Virus record (IMG/VR): IMGVR_UViG_3300014204_000113
Span: 64,001-128,000 of that record
Direction: 5' to 3' (one strand)
DNA length: 64,000 nt
Source of the DNA: a virus
Lineage: Duplodnaviria; Caudoviricetes
How positions within the stretch are numbered: the stretch's first letter is position 1; each line of letters begins with the position of its first letter. This document shows, in pieces, positions 29,860 through 41,735 of the stretch. The notes below the pieces were generated by a model. It did no database searches and was not told where the DNA came from. It saw nothing but the letters and a program-made list of their open reading frames with translations. The position numbers and the translations under genes were made by a program.

Positions 29860-31082
29860 TGTCTTTAAAACAAGTTTACAATATTGTAGAATCAATCGCA
29901 GCAACTCCCTCTTTGAATGAAAAAGAAAGAATTATTCAGAATTCCTTAGATATTCCATACTTCAGAAAAGTAGCCTATTATGCTCTAAATACTTTGATGA
30001 AATATAAAATCACAGAAGTTAAATATGCTGGTTCAATGATAGCAGAAGATGAAGATAAGGCAACTAATAATATCTTTGAATTTCTTTATTTTCTTTCAAA
30101 TAAGTCTGGTGCTACGGATGAAGATAGGCAAAAGTTATCATTCATGTCGTCTTTAGACCAGCCAACTAATGTTATTGTAAATAGAATATTGAAAGGAGAT
30201 TTGCGTTGTGGCGCTAGTATTAAATTGTTCAGAAAATATATTCCAGAAATTCCTATTCACGAACCAATGCTCTGTGGTAAAGACTTCAATAAATTTATGA
30301 AATTGGCAGGTTCTTTTGATAATGTAGTAACTTCAATTAAGTTAGATGGCGTCAGAGTTTGGTGTATCGTTACAGAATCAAATGTGAAGTATTTGTCACG
30401 TAACGGTAAAGAATATTCTAATTTTAATATATTTAATGAAGATTTAATTGAAATATGTAAAGAAATGGATTTGCCTTATCCAATCATATTGGATGGCGAA
30501 ATAACTACCAAAGACAAGAAATTCCAGAAACTTTTGACTCAATTTAGAAGAATAACAGAAGTGGATGAAGATTCATTTGAATTGACATTGTTTGACATAG
30601 TTTTAAACAAACCATTTTATGAAAGGTATGAGAAATTAAAAGAACATTTCACTTTGGATTATGAAAAGATAAATAGAATTTCCTTATTGTATCATTCAAC
30701 TAATTTTAATACAGAACAAAAGATATTTGATTTTTTGAATCAAGTTGCTAAAGAAGGAAAAGAAGGATTAGTTCTTAAAACCTTGAATGGTCCTTATGAA
30801 TTCAAAAGGTCTAATCATTGGGTTAAGTTAAAGAAATTTTATGAAGAAGACTTGCCGGTTATTGGTTTTGAAATGGGAACTGGTAAATATTCTGATATGT
30901 TAGGCGCTTTAATATGTGATTATAATGGAGTAGAAGTAAAGGTTGGGTCTGGATTTACAGATGAAGAAAGGATTGAATTTTTGGAAAATATTCCAGAATT
31001 GATAGAAGTGAAATTCCAATCTCTTACAGAAGATAAATCACTTCGTTTCCCTATTTTCTTGAGGATAAGGGAGGATAAATAA
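29859..31082 (+). CDS. ATP-dependent DNA ligase
   Basis: KLDGVR, SRNGK, LDGE, FDI, EGLVLK, WVKLK, VGSGF, SLRFP. Confidence 0.93.
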   Translation: MSLKQVYNIVESIAATPSLNEKERIIQNSLDIPYFRKVAYYALNTLMKYKITEVKYAGSMIAEDEDKATNNIFEFLYFLSNKSGATDEDRQKLSFMSSLDQPTNVIVNRILKGDLRCGASIKLFRKYIPEIPIHEPMLCGKDFNKFMKLAGSFDNVVTSIKLDGVRVWCIVTESNVKYLSRNGKEYSNFNIFNEDLIEICKEMDLPYPIILDGEITTKDKKFQKLLTQFRRITEVDEDSFELTLFDIVLNKPFYERYEKLKEHFTLDYEKINRISLLYHSTNFNTEQKIFDFLNQVAKEGKEGLVLKTLNGPYEFKRSNHWVKLKKFYEEDLPVIGFEMGTGKYSDMLGALICDYNGVEVKVGSGFTDEERIEFLENIPELIEVKFQSLTEDKSLRFPIFLRIREDK

Positions 31083-31936
31083 TGTGTGCTGCTCCTAAAG
31101 GTCAAATTCCTTGGAATAAGGGTAAAAAAGGTTATCATCTTACAGAGGAATCTCTAAAAAAGAGAAAAGAAAAAATAGGTGATTGGTCTGGCGAAAATAA
31201 CCCAAACTATGGTAAACGTTGGTCAGATGAACAAAGAAGAATAGCAAGTGAATCTCATATTGGAATATCTCCTTCTGAAGAAACTAAAAAAAAGATTAGC
31301 ATTACATTAACTGGAATTAAAAGAGGTCCTCAATCTGATGAACACAAACAGAAGAACAGAGAATCACATTTAGGAAAACCATCTCCAAATAAAGGCAAGA
31401 CGGGAGAAAAAAGTGGTGTATGGAAAGGTGGTTATGGAGAAGTTCCTTTGTATGATACTCATATTTATCATATACAACCAATAGAAGAATGCAGAAGAAA
31501 TAAAGAAGACCCAAATATATTAGAAGTAAAATGTACTTATTGTGGTAAATGGTTTGTACCAACTCTTGAGACTGTATATGCAAGAAGAGTTGGAATTAAT
31601 TGTAATGATAGAAATAGATTTTATTGTTCTAAAGAATGCAAATCAAATTGTCCGATCTATAATCAGCGAAAATATCCTAAAGGTTTTAAAGAAGCAACAT
31701 CTAGAGAAGTTCAACCAGAATTAAGACAAATGCGTTTTGCTTTGGATAACTATACATGTCAAAAATGTGAACAACATGGCGGTTCACTTCATTGTCATCA
31801 TTATGAAGGTATTTGGATTAATCCTATAGAATCTGCTGACTTGGATATGTGTGTGACTTTATGTGTTGATTGTCATATGGAGGCTCATGAAGAAATCGGG
31901 TGTAGAAGAATAGATTTAAGAAATAAATGTCATTAA
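31082..31936 (+). CDS. free-standing homing endonuclease (NUMOD3-like repeats plus HNH-like C-terminus)
   Basis: PWNKG, SEETKKKIS-type repeats, DNYTCQKC...LHCHH...TLCVDCH. Confidence 0.75.
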   Translation: MCAAPKGQIPWNKGKKGYHLTEESLKKRKEKIGDWSGENNPNYGKRWSDEQRRIASESHIGISPSEETKKKISITLTGIKRGPQSDEHKQKNRESHLGKPSPNKGKTGEKSGVWKGGYGEVPLYDTHIYHIQPIEECRRNKEDPNILEVKCTYCGKWFVPTLETVYARRVGINCNDRNRFYCSKECKSNCPIYNQRKYPKGFKEATSREVQPELRQMRFALDNYTCQKCEQHGGSLHCHHYEGIWINPIESADLDMCVTLCVDCHMEAHEEIGCRRIDLRNKCH

Positions 31937-32217
31937 TGGTGGACAAATAATGTTAATAACCAAAGAATGGATAGACAAAGTTTGTCCTAAACATGGCAGG
32001 ACTTCTTGCAGTGATGAGAAGATATATAATGGTTTTGGCGGGTGGAATGGAAAATACGATGCGGATACTGGCGCTAAAATAATCAAATATCCTAGATGCA
32101 ATAGGTGCTATTTATTGGATAATCTTGGAATGGATACTGAAAACTTGGAATTTAAGATATATACTGAAACTACTCTTTCATATAAAATTAAGAATTAAAT
32201 AGATAGGATAGAAGGAG

Positions 32218-33141
32218 TTGAAAAATAGTATTATGTGGATTGATGATATTATAGAAAAACGTCCAGATTTAAGAATTGGAACAAATTATTTTAAAGATGC
32301 TATTTTCTTTAAGCTACCTTCTGATATTATTACTGAAAAAGACATAAATAAAGTACATTTAGAATTAAAAGATTATTGTAAAAAGAATTCTAAAATAGAC
32401 CAACCTTTAAATATTCCAACTGACAAAATAATATCTTATTATGATTTATCTATACCTCCATATAATAATACAATTTATTATTTTAATTTTGATAATAAAT
32501 TAATGGTTTATTGGATAATTAAATTCGATTCCATATTTTATAATGATATAGATTATTATGGATATATTTTCTCTCCATTTATAGTAAAAAATAATAATGT
32601 TTTACCTTGGGTTAATTATAATCCATTATCTAATATTGATGATATATACCCTAAGAAAACTGGTTATAGAATAGATTTTTTACAAAACAAAATGGATTTT
32701 TCTGTAAATGTTGGTCATATTGAATTGAAATATTTTCAGACTGGTTCTCATGTTATATGTGATGAAGAAACCGATATAAATAAATATACTTTTGTTTCTA
32801 ATTTATTAAAAATAAACTCTTTATTAAATTGTGTTAATGTAGTGAAAATAAAGAATAATCATTCAACAAAATTACAAAAAACTAGAATTAAAAAAGGAAA
32901 ATTACCATTACAATCTTATTATACTTTACAACTTAAAGGAGTTTCTAAAAAATATGAAAATTTAATGACTGGTTTAGACCCTCAATGGACAAATCGAATT
33001 CATCTTTGTAGAGGGCATTTTAAAAGATATACTGAAGACAATCCACTATTTGGGAAATATACTGGATTGTGGTGGTGGCAACCTGCGGTTAGAGGGAAGA
33101 ATAAAAAGGGTATCATTTTCAAAGATTATGAACTAGTCTAA
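32218..33141 (+). CDS. phage hypothetical protein
   Basis: C-terminal H.CRGHF...WW.P..RG motif; very AT-rich. Confidence 0.55.
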   Translation: MKNSIMWIDDIIEKRPDLRIGTNYFKDAIFFKLPSDIITEKDINKVHLELKDYCKKNSKIDQPLNIPTDKIISYYDLSIPPYNNTIYYFNFDNKLMVYWIIKFDSIFYNDIDYYGYIFSPFIVKNNNVLPWVNYNPLSNIDDIYPKKTGYRIDFLQNKMDFSVNVGHIELKYFQTGSHVICDEETDINKYTFVSNLLKINSLLNCVNVVKIKNNHSTKLQKTRIKKGKLPLQSYYTLQLKGVSKKYENLMTGLDPQWTNRIHLCRGHFKRYTEDNPLFGKYTGLWWWQPAVRGKNKKGIIFKDYELV

Positions 33142-33151
33142 GGAGACATTA

Positions 33152-35392
33152 ATGGAATTAAGTGAAAAATGGGATACAATCGAAAAATATTTAATCGAAA
33201 CTCGCTATGCTTTAAGAAATAAAGACGGAGAACCGTTAGAACACAATTATTATGATGTTCTAAATAGAATTTCTAGTCATTTAGATTATTTAGAAACAAC
33301 AGAAGATAAACCTTCAAAATTTTTTGATATTGAATCTATTAAAAAAGCATTATATAATAAATATATAATTCCAGCTTCCCCTTGTCTTATCTCTTTTGGA
33401 AATAATTCAACTAGAAGAAAAGGGTACTTTTCTTGCTTTCCATTAGGAAAAGTACCTGATGAAATGGAAGGAATAAACGAATGGTGTTATAAAATGGAAA
33501 GTATTTATAAATGTGGCGGCGGTGCAGGAATTGATATCTCTGGTTTAAGAAAAAAAGGCTCCCCTGTTGATGGAGGTCAAGGGGTTGCTTCTGGTCCTTG
33601 TGGTTTTTTACCCAGATTTGATGCGATAACAAGCACCACTAATCAAGGAGGGAGAAGAAGGGGCGCTCTGTTAGTTCAATTGGATTGGAACCATCCAGAT
33701 ATTATCGATTTTATTAATTCTAAATATGTTGCTTCTAAAGTAGCTTATTTTCTTTCTACATTACCACCTGAAATAAAACCACATCAAAATCCAATATTAA
33801 GTAATATGAATATTTCGGTAAATGTTGATGATGATTTTTTTAAAAATGAAAAATTATTGAATTTAATAATTAATAATATGTGGGAAACTGGAGACCCAGG
33901 ATTATTATTTATTAACAATATGATTAAAAATAGTCCATTTAAAGAGGAAGCCAGATTTTCGAACCCTTGCGGGGAGTATCTAAGTCCAGAAAATTTAGCT
34001 TGTAATTTAATTACAATAAATGTTGCTAAGTTAGCAAATGAATCTATTGTAAATCCAGATTTAGATAATTATGAATTTGATAATGATAAATTTTTATCTG
34101 AAATTCAAAAATATGCTGAATTAGCTTGTAGGTTTGGTAATTTTCTTATAACTTTAGATGAAGGTTATCCAGTTGAAGAAATAAGAATTCAAACTCAAAA
34201 ATTTAGACCAGTAGGAGTAGGCATGAGCGGTTTTCATACTGCTCTTATTTTATCTACTAAAGCAGAAGTCCCTTATGGAAGTGAAGAGGCTTGTAAGATT
34301 GCTAAAAATGTACAAGCTAACTTGACTTATGGAACTTTGATTGCTTCTGCTAATCTGTCATTTGAAAATGAAATAAGTTATCAAGGAGATATTGATTATT
34401 GGAAAACACATATAAATAATTTAGAAAAACATAATTTAGATGTTTCTCTTTTAAGAAAATGTATTAAAAAATATGGGGGTTTTTATAATTGTATTACGAC
34501 TAGTCAACCACCTACGGGAAGTGTTTCACAACTATTAAGAAATGTTGACACTGGAATAGAGCCATTTTCTCATTATGAAACGACAAGAAGAGTGAGAGAT
34601 TTTGAAGTTGGATGGAAAGAATTTACATTATATCCAGAAGCACTTTATCCTTTTTTATCTGAACCAACAATGAAAGAAAAATTAGAATCACAAACTTCAA
34701 TGAATATTTCATCAAAAGGGCAATTACAAATGCTTTCTGCCTTTCAAGAATATATCCATACAGGAGTAAGCAAGACGGTTAATGTTCCGTATGAAACTTC
34801 TAAGGAGCAAATAAAAGAAATTATTCTAGACGCTTCTAAATTAAAATTAAAAGGATTTACAATATTCAGAGATAAATGTAGAGAAGGAGTTATAAGCCAA
34901 ACTGTTCTTCAAAATAAATATGAAGAAAAAGATGAATTAGAACTTTCACCAATGAGGCAAGGAACGATTTTTGAAGTATCTGGCCCTGTTACAGCTTATG
35001 TAACAGTTAGTAGAGATAAACTATCTCGTCCTAGAGAAGTTTTTGTTCAAGTTGGGCCAGCAGGGACTATGTTAAATTCAATGCTTAGTGCTTTTGGTAG
35101 GGTTATTTCAGTAGCATTAAGAGAAAATCCAGAATTGATAGATAGGTTTATATATACTTTAAAATGTATAGAATCTAGCGAATTGTACAATTGTATTGAT
35201 GATTCTATGCAATTGCATTTAAGAAGTAATAGTTTGCCTGCTATTCTTTCTCAAATATTTGAATATATGAAAGGTGAAGGAATGAGCCAAGAAGTTTCAT
35301 TAGGAGATATATGTCCAAGTTGTGGAAAACTTTCTTTATTTCGTAAAGGTGGTTGTAAAAGTTGTGATTTTTGTGGTTTTACAAATTGTTAA
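33152..35392 (+). CDS. nrdJ: class II (B12-dependent) ribonucleotide reductase
   Basis: PASP, SCF, GGGAG, RRGA, NPCGE, ACNL, PTGS, C-terminal Zn-finger. Confidence 0.88.
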   Translation: MELSEKWDTIEKYLIETRYALRNKDGEPLEHNYYDVLNRISSHLDYLETTEDKPSKFFDIESIKKALYNKYIIPASPCLISFGNNSTRRKGYFSCFPLGKVPDEMEGINEWCYKMESIYKCGGGAGIDISGLRKKGSPVDGGQGVASGPCGFLPRFDAITSTTNQGGRRRGALLVQLDWNHPDIIDFINSKYVASKVAYFLSTLPPEIKPHQNPILSNMNISVNVDDDFFKNEKLLNLIINNMWETGDPGLLFINNMIKNSPFKEEARFSNPCGEYLSPENLACNLITINVAKLANESIVNPDLDNYEFDNDKFLSEIQKYAELACRFGNFLITLDEGYPVEEIRIQTQKFRPVGVGMSGFHTALILSTKAEVPYGSEEACKIAKNVQANLTYGTLIASANLSFENEISYQGDIDYWKTHINNLEKHNLDVSLLRKCIKKYGGFYNCITTSQPPTGSVSQLLRNVDTGIEPFSHYETTRRVRDFEVGWKEFTLYPEALYPFLSEPTMKEKLESQTSMNISSKGQLQMLSAFQEYIHTGVSKTVNVPYETSKEQIKEIILDASKLKLKGFTIFRDKCREGVISQTVLQNKYEEKDELELSPMRQGTIFEVSGPVTAYVTVSRDKLSRPREVFVQVGPAGTMLNSMLSAFGRVISVALRENPELIDRFIYTLKCIESSELYNCIDDSMQLHLRSNSLPAILSQIFEYMKGEGMSQEVSLGDICPSCGKLSLFRKGGCKSCDFCGFTNC

Positions 35393-36237
35393 ATAAGATG
35401 TAGATAGTTAAATCACATTAAGGAAATCAATTATGCATCAAGAAGACTTTAAAACCATGGATGACAAAAATCGAAAATCAATCATCGGACAAGTCAAGAA
35501 ATACAAAAACACATTGGTCTTGTTTTCTTTCGAAGTTTGCGAACTGCTTGATTGGGTTGACGGAGAAGACGACTATTATTGGGTGGTAAACACCAACAGG
35601 GAAATAATCTGGAGTAGTTGTGTTGGCGGTTTCATTCCATTGATAGAATATCTTCCTAAAAATCTGTATGACGGCTTGAAGAAAACTTGGGATTACAATG
35701 ATTCTTTTAAGTGGGATGGTGGTGAAAGACTTAAACAAATAAAAGCCAATGGTTGGGTTGATGAAGAATACAGAAGCAGGATTAATGAAGAATATGAAAA
35801 TAGTGTTTTAAAAGAGATATTTAATAAGGAGGGATAGATGAAAGGTTTGTGGAATAAAATAAAAAATTCAATTCCAATTAAGGTAATTAAAAAAGAAAAT
35901 CTGAAATCAATATGCGATGAAGTTGATAAACAAATTAAAAGAAATTATAATTTGCAATATGATAATGAACAATCAATAAAAAGAATCAAATTGCTTGAAG
36001 AAAAGATAATTCCAGCAATGCCTATGATTTATGGTTTAAAATCACAATTGGATTATAAAGACAGATTGCTTTATTTCACCGTCACATTAGATTCTGAAAT
36101 ATTTTATCGAATGCCACAAGTAAATGGAGGTATTGATTATATTGCAGATTACATTTGCCATTCAATCAGAAGAGAATTGTCCATGATAAATATTTCCAGA
36201 TTGCCTGATTATTGCAGAAAAATAAAAAGGGATAGAT

Positions 36238-36783
36238 ATGACCAGAAAGAAATCAAAGCAAACCTCTACACAAGCGGTAAAATTGAAGAAAGATGATTTG
36301 TTAGATGAATTATTAAATTCTTTGGATGACAAACATTGGGAAACTATATGCAAATTATTAGGAAGGGAAATATCTGAATCAAAGACGACTAGGAAGAACT
36401 TGCTTGGCAAACTATTTAAAAAGACCATAAAAGTTTCTTCTAGAAAGGGACGTGGACGCGATTTACAGAATTGGGTAGCAGAGCAGATAAGTATTTTGAC
36501 TGACACTCCTTGGGGAAAGGATGAAGAAATAACGAGTCGGGAGATGGGGCAGAGCGGCGACGATGTGAGAATTTCGCCTAGAATAAGACGATTATTTAAT
36601 TTTTGTGTGGAGTGTAAGAATTGCGAGACATGGAATCTTGGCGCATTTGTAGAACAAAGCAAGAGGAATTGTTTACAAGATTCTAATTGGATAGTATTTC
36701 TTAAAAAGAATGGTATGGAAGAATTAGCTGTCTTGGATGCTAGAGCCTTCTTTTCTATAATGAAAAAGGTCATTGCAAAATGA
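36238..36783 (+). CDS. Holliday junction resolvase-like PD-(D/E)XK nuclease
   Basis: KGRG..LQ, MGQSGDD, VECKN. Confidence 0.75.
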   Translation: MTRKKSKQTSTQAVKLKKDDLLDELLNSLDDKHWETICKLLGREISESKTTRKNLLGKLFKKTIKVSSRKGRGRDLQNWVAEQISILTDTPWGKDEEITSREMGQSGDDVRISPRIRRLFNFCVECKNCETWNLGAFVEQSKRNCLQDSNWIVFLKKNGMEELAVLDARAFFSIMKKVIAK

Positions 36784-37155
36784 GCAAACTTCTTTTTCTT
36801 CATATTAAAAGTTGCGAAGAATGTCCTTATTTAGAAGATTATGATAGAAATTCTGTATATTGTGGTCATCCAGAATCGCCAAGATATTCTGAAGCAATCA
36901 TAAACAATGTTTATAAATTTCCAAATTGGTGTCCATTAACAAACAACGAACCGCATGATGTGGATGATATGTATAAGGACTAGAAATGACAAGAGAATAT
37001 GAATTAGAAATAGTTAAAGATGGAAAAGTGGTTCGTATAATAGAAGAATCCAACCATGATTCACAACGCATTAGAGAAATGGAATGGGATGGTCATAAAT
37101 TTGACATGACTGAATTATATAAAAAAGTAAAAAAGAAAAATGAATAGGTGTTAAA

Positions 37156-37539
37156 ATGTCTAGACAGTTTCTTTTTTCTGTAACTAAAGATGATTTGGAA
37201 GTTCAGACCTTTAGATGTGGTGGGCATGGTGGTCAAAAGGTCAACAAAACTTCCAGCGGAGTAAGGATAATCCACAAAGAATCTGGCGCGGTTGGTGAAT
37301 CAAGAGAGGAAAGAAGTCAGTGGCAAAACAAGAAAATAGCCTTGAGAAGATTAGCAGAACATCCCAAATTCAAAGTATGGCTTAACAAGAAATATTATGA
37401 ATTGAAAATAGGAAAAACTATTGATCAAATTGTGGATGAAATGATGGATTTGAGTAATATTAAAATGGAAGTTAGGGACGAAAAAGGAAGGTGGGTTATC
37501 TATGAGGAGAAAGAAGATGCCACGACTCTATTGTCTTAA
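37156..37539 (+). CDS. GGQ peptide-release-factor-like protein (ArfB/RF domain)
   Basis: FRCGGHGGQKVNKTSSGVRIIH...ERSQWQNK. Confidence 0.85.
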   Translation: MSRQFLFSVTKDDLEVQTFRCGGHGGQKVNKTSSGVRIIHKESGAVGESREERSQWQNKKIALRRLAEHPKFKVWLNKKYYELKIGKTIDQIVDEMMDLSNIKMEVRDEKGRWVIYEEKEDATTLLS

Positions 37540-37703
37540 ATGCAAATCGGAATGGAAGTCAACCAACCCATTGTCAACTTGTGAATTTTGTGGAACTAAA
37601 GGGCACCTCTTGGAAGAGAATGCCCCTTTTGAGAAATCATTTGGTGAAAACACAAAAGATGCCATTAAAATAACTAAGAATTATTTAAATCAAAGATAAA
37701 TAA

Positions 37704-38801
37704 ATGACCATCAATTCAGCAGAACTTTCATATTTTCAAAGTCATCAGAAGACAGTACTAGAATTGCATGAATCAGTTAATGCTATCATAGGCATTAGCG
37801 ATAGTGGAAAATCAGCAATAAAAAGAGCAATAAAATGGAATGTTGAGAATAGACCAAGTGGTGAAGAATTCAAATCTGATTTCGCCCCAGATGAAGAAAC
37901 TAGAGTTTCATTATTTGTAGAAACAGAAGTTAGAAGAGGTCGCTCTAAAGACTCCAATTATTATTGGATGGATGGAATAAGATATGAAGCATTTGGTCAA
38001 GATGTACCACAACCGATAAAAGATAAATTGAATCTAGGTAGTCTCAATATTCAAAATCAGTTTGACCCACCTTTCCTTCTTTCAGAATCCCCAGGCGCAG
38101 TTGCTAGATACCTTAATCAAGTAGTTGATTTAGATGACATAGATGAATCAATAAAAAATGTCAATACCCTTTTGAAAAAGACAGAAGGACAATTATCTAA
38201 CAATAAAGAAAGATTGGAGAAACTTGATTCTGAAATTTTAACTTATCCAGATTTCAATAAGTTAGATAAACTTATTATTGAAGCTGAAAAACTAAACAAG
38301 ACGCTGCAAGAAAATAAATATACTTCACAACTTCTTCTACAAACCATATCTGAAATAAAAGAATCTCAGAAAATACTTGATTCCATAATAATTCCAAAAA
38401 TTGACATTGGAGAAATTGAATTTCTTTTAAAATCATATGAAGAAAAATCTGATGTTGTAAATAAATTAGAATTTACTATAAACAAGGTTAATGAATCAGA
38501 AAAAATAATAAAATTAATTAACATACCAAATATAAATGTTTTAGAATTAGAAAAAATTATTGATGAATATGAATTCTTGAATCAAAAAATTAAAGGGCTT
38601 CAATCTTTAATCAGAACAATTGATGATATTGAAAAAACCATACTTGAGACTGGAAAGGAGATAATTGAATGGGGGAAGAAATTACAGGAACAGATGGGGG
38701 ATCGTTGCAAACTGTGCGGACAATCGGTGTCGCAGCACTCTCTATTATTGGAAAGTGCTCATGGTGTGGCAAGGAGAAAGAAGAAGGAGATAAATGGGTG
38801 A
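37704..38801 (+). CDS. sbcC: SbcC/Rad50-like ATPase, N-terminal half
   Basis: FQSH, GISDSGKS Walker A, Q-loop region, coiled coil ending at CKLC hook. Confidence 0.8.
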   Translation: MTINSAELSYFQSHQKTVLELHESVNAIIGISDSGKSAIKRAIKWNVENRPSGEEFKSDFAPDEETRVSLFVETEVRRGRSKDSNYYWMDGIRYEAFGQDVPQPIKDKLNLGSLNIQNQFDPPFLLSESPGAVARYLNQVVDLDDIDESIKNVNTLLKKTEGQLSNNKERLEKLDSEILTYPDFNKLDKLIIEAEKLNKTLQENKYTSQLLLQTISEIKESQKILDSIIIPKIDIGEIEFLLKSYEEKSDVVNKLEFTINKVNESEKIIKLINIPNINVLELEKIIDEYEFLNQKIKGLQSLIRTIDDIEKTILETGKEIIEWGKKLQEQMGDRCKLCGQSVSQHSLLLESAHGVARRKKKEING

Positions 38802-39587
38802 CATGGTGTTGCAAAGGGCATTGCTATTTGGGGAATAGAGAACTTAAAAAACAGAAAGAAAAAGAAGAAGAAAGATTAAGACCTAAACCTAAACGTCATT
38901 GTCTTATGTGTGGTAAGAAAGATATTGAAGAATGGTTTTGTCCAATTTGCAAACCAATTAAGAACAATTTAAGTAGTATTTATGCAGATGAAGCATTGGG
39001 GATTGCAAGTTTTGGTTTTTCGATTGTCGAAATGAACCGGGAATGGGGAAGTGGGAATAAACTATAAAAAGGAATAAATATGAAATTTTATGTTAAAGAA
39101 CATGATGAAAAAGTAGATGCGATTACCATTCCCAATTCTCAAGAAGATGACCCATATTGGTTTGCACATGAAGCAGCTAAATATTTTTACCAAGAATGTG
39201 ATGGTTGGGAAGTTGAATGGCCATTAACCTTTATTGTTTTAAAAGATAGCAAAGAGTATGAATTTGAAATTGACTTAGATTTTGAACCTACTTTTTATGT
39301 TATGGAGAAAAATTAAATGGAAAATCTTGAAGAAATTTTGAAAGACGAAGATGACGAAATCCAAGAAGAACTTTCTGTAATTCTTACTAAAAAAGGGAAG
39401 GTCTATTTCATAACACCAGAGACCACCAAAGATGGCATTAACAACACAGCCAAACTCATAGCCCACTTGATTATAAATTGGGCGCATGGCATAGGGGAAA
39501 AATTAGGCTCCTTTGAAAATTCTTCTATTGTAGTCCCGACCTTGGAACTCGGGCTGCCAAAAAAATTCAAGTAGAGGTACTTTTCTA

Positions 39588-39616
39588 TTGCGCGACCAGC
39601 CTAAAAATTCTATAAT
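39588..39616 (+). promoter_or_regulatory. sigma70-type promoter
   Basis: TTGCGC-17-TATAAT. Confidence 0.65.
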
Positions 39617-40204
39617 AAAGGAAGAGTGGTTAGGAGTAAAATATGGACAAAAAGAAAATTGCAGAAATAATGTTTGAAGGGGAAAGAGCTAAAATAGCTT
39701 TAGAAGGTTCTCTTTTTGATACTGGAGTTCCATTTGAAGAACTTGGATTTGATGATTATGATTGTTCTTTAGAACTTTTTGATGTTGATGATGAATATTG
39801 TTTATCAGTAGAAGCACAAAAACTTATTTACGATGCAGGCTTTATAAAAGTCTATATGAACCATAAAAATAAGTGGGAAACACATTATACTTTTCTTTCT
39901 GCTCCATTTGAAGAAGTTGAAGGCTGGAGAGTAAGTTATCCATCTAAAAGAGGAAAAGAAGAGAAAGGTATTTGGGTAGAAAAGATAGTAGATGGTTGGC
40001 CAAAAGATTGGTTAGAAACAGGATATGTAATTGTAAAAAGTTAAATAAAATGATGGGTTGGCGTATAAAACTCAAGAATGGCTACGAATATGATGTCACT
40101 TCAAGAAAATGGCGTCATTGGCTTTGTTATATGGGTCGTGCTGGAGTTTCTTCTGCAATCAAAAGACAGATGAGAAAAAGGTTAAGAAGATTGAATAGGA
40201 AAAT

Positions 40205-41119
40205 TTGCAGGAAGGAAATATGATTTTTTGCGCGGATATTCACGCAAGGTATTCAAGGCCGAAAGCAAGAAAAGACAATTATCTTGAAACACAAGATAGG
40301 AAATTAAGATTTCTTTGCCAATTGGCTCAAGAATCTCCTCCTTGGTTAATTTCAGGAGACTTGCTTGACAAAGCCAATTCTAACCAATGGCTTGAACAAT
40401 ACTTGATAAGTCTTTTCAAAGAATATAAAATTAGACCAGTAATATGTTTAGGTCAACATGATTTGGTAAATCACAGTATGGAATTGTTTGATAACAGCAG
40501 TATTTCAGTTCTTCTCGCTGCCGAAGTGATTAGAATTGTCAAAGAAGGAAAAACGTTTTTTACCGATGATTATTGTATATACGGAGCATCTTATGGGGAA
40601 GAACCAAATTTAGGCGTTACAATAAATGGCAAAAAGAATATCCTCCTTTGGCATAAGATGGTAGTACAAGACGATCCATTATGGGTCAATCAATCTGCCG
40701 ATACTGGCGAAAAGATTCTAAGAAAATATAAACAATTTGATATTATTTGCACAGGAGACAATCACAACACCTTTGTTTGTCAAAGCAAGAATCGTTTTCT
40801 TGTGAACAGTGGAAGTATGATGCGTTTAAAAACCAATCAGAAAGATCATAAGCCTTGCGTTTTCAGATGGGATAAAGGTAATTTAGAACAAATCTTTTTA
40901 CCTATAGAAGAAGACGTTTTTGACGACAGCCATATACTTGAAAAAGAAGAAAAAGAAAATAGATTAGATGGATTTATAACTAAATTGAACGAAATACGCC
41001 CAGAACTTAATGAAAATTCATCTGTTTCATTTAAAGGGAATTTGAAGAATTTCTTTCAAGTAAATAAAGACATGAGAGATGTGGAAGAAATCACATGGAG
41101 ATGTGTACCAAAAGGATAG
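40205..41119 (+). CDS. sbcD: SbcD/Mre11-like metallophosphoesterase nuclease
   Basis: ADIH, GDL, GQHD, H, GDNH, NSGS; likely start ATG 40220. Confidence 0.82.
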   Translation: MQEGNMIFCADIHARYSRPKARKDNYLETQDRKLRFLCQLAQESPPWLISGDLLDKANSNQWLEQYLISLFKEYKIRPVICLGQHDLVNHSMELFDNSSISVLLAAEVIRIVKEGKTFFTDDYCIYGASYGEEPNLGVTINGKKNILLWHKMVVQDDPLWVNQSADTGEKILRKYKQFDIICTGDNHNTFVCQSKNRFLVNSGSMMRLKTNQKDHKPCVFRWDKGNLEQIFLPIEEDVFDDSHILEKEEKENRLDGFITKLNEIRPELNENSSVSFKGNLKNFFQVNKDMRDVEEITWRCVPKG

Positions 41120-41492
41120 GAAATGAGAAATATAACAACTTTTTATGGAGAGCCTATTGATTTTTGGATTGAATTAAAAAGACAATCAGAAAAAATGAAT
41201 TTTTGCCATTTAATAAAGGAAATTGCAGAATTAAGGTCTAAAGTTAATTTCTATGAATCAAGGATAAAGGAATTGTCAAAATTTATGGAAATTAAAGGAA
41301 TAAACAAATGATTGTAACTTCATTTAGGACTGAAAAAATTCATTATAGAAATATAGAAGAATTAAATAGAAAATTAGCAAAACTTGAAGCAAAACAAATA
41401 ATTAGAATTGAAAGTTGTCTTCCAGAAGAAACAAATACAAACGTCTATTGTGTTGAATTATTTCTTGAATATTATTATGGAGGAACTGCATT

Positions 41493-41735
41493 TTGACCCA
41501 ACTATACGAACAAGATATCTTTAAAATTAAAGAAACCTATGATGAAAGAATAAACAAAAAAGCCAGGGCCGAAGGGGAACTTACGGCCCAAACAAAAAGA
41601 TTGAATGAGGAATTCAATTGCAAGGATTTAAAAGAAGCAAATGAATTTTTGGAAGAACTTCAAGAAGAAAGAGATGAAATTAAAGTTAAACTTGAACATA
41701 AAGTGAAAGAAGCTAAGGAATTGTTAGGAGAATAA
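41493..41735 (+). CDS. short coiled-coil protein (possibly part of the split SbcC)
   Basis: heptad-rich 80 aa between sbcD and the SbcC C-half. Confidence 0.5.
   Translation: MTQLYEQDIFKIKETYDERINKKARAEGELTAQTKRLNEEFNCKDLKEANEFLEELQEERDEIKVKLEHKVKEAKELLGE

Noticed and set aside
6772-35392. Inteins or introns in DnaE, RecA or RNR
   Set aside because: Lengths and motif spacing leave no room; no C...HN-C/S/T splice junctions or LAGLIDADG blocks seen
36162-36803. 213-aa minus-strand ORF
   Set aside because: Antisense to the resolvase-like gene; no motifs
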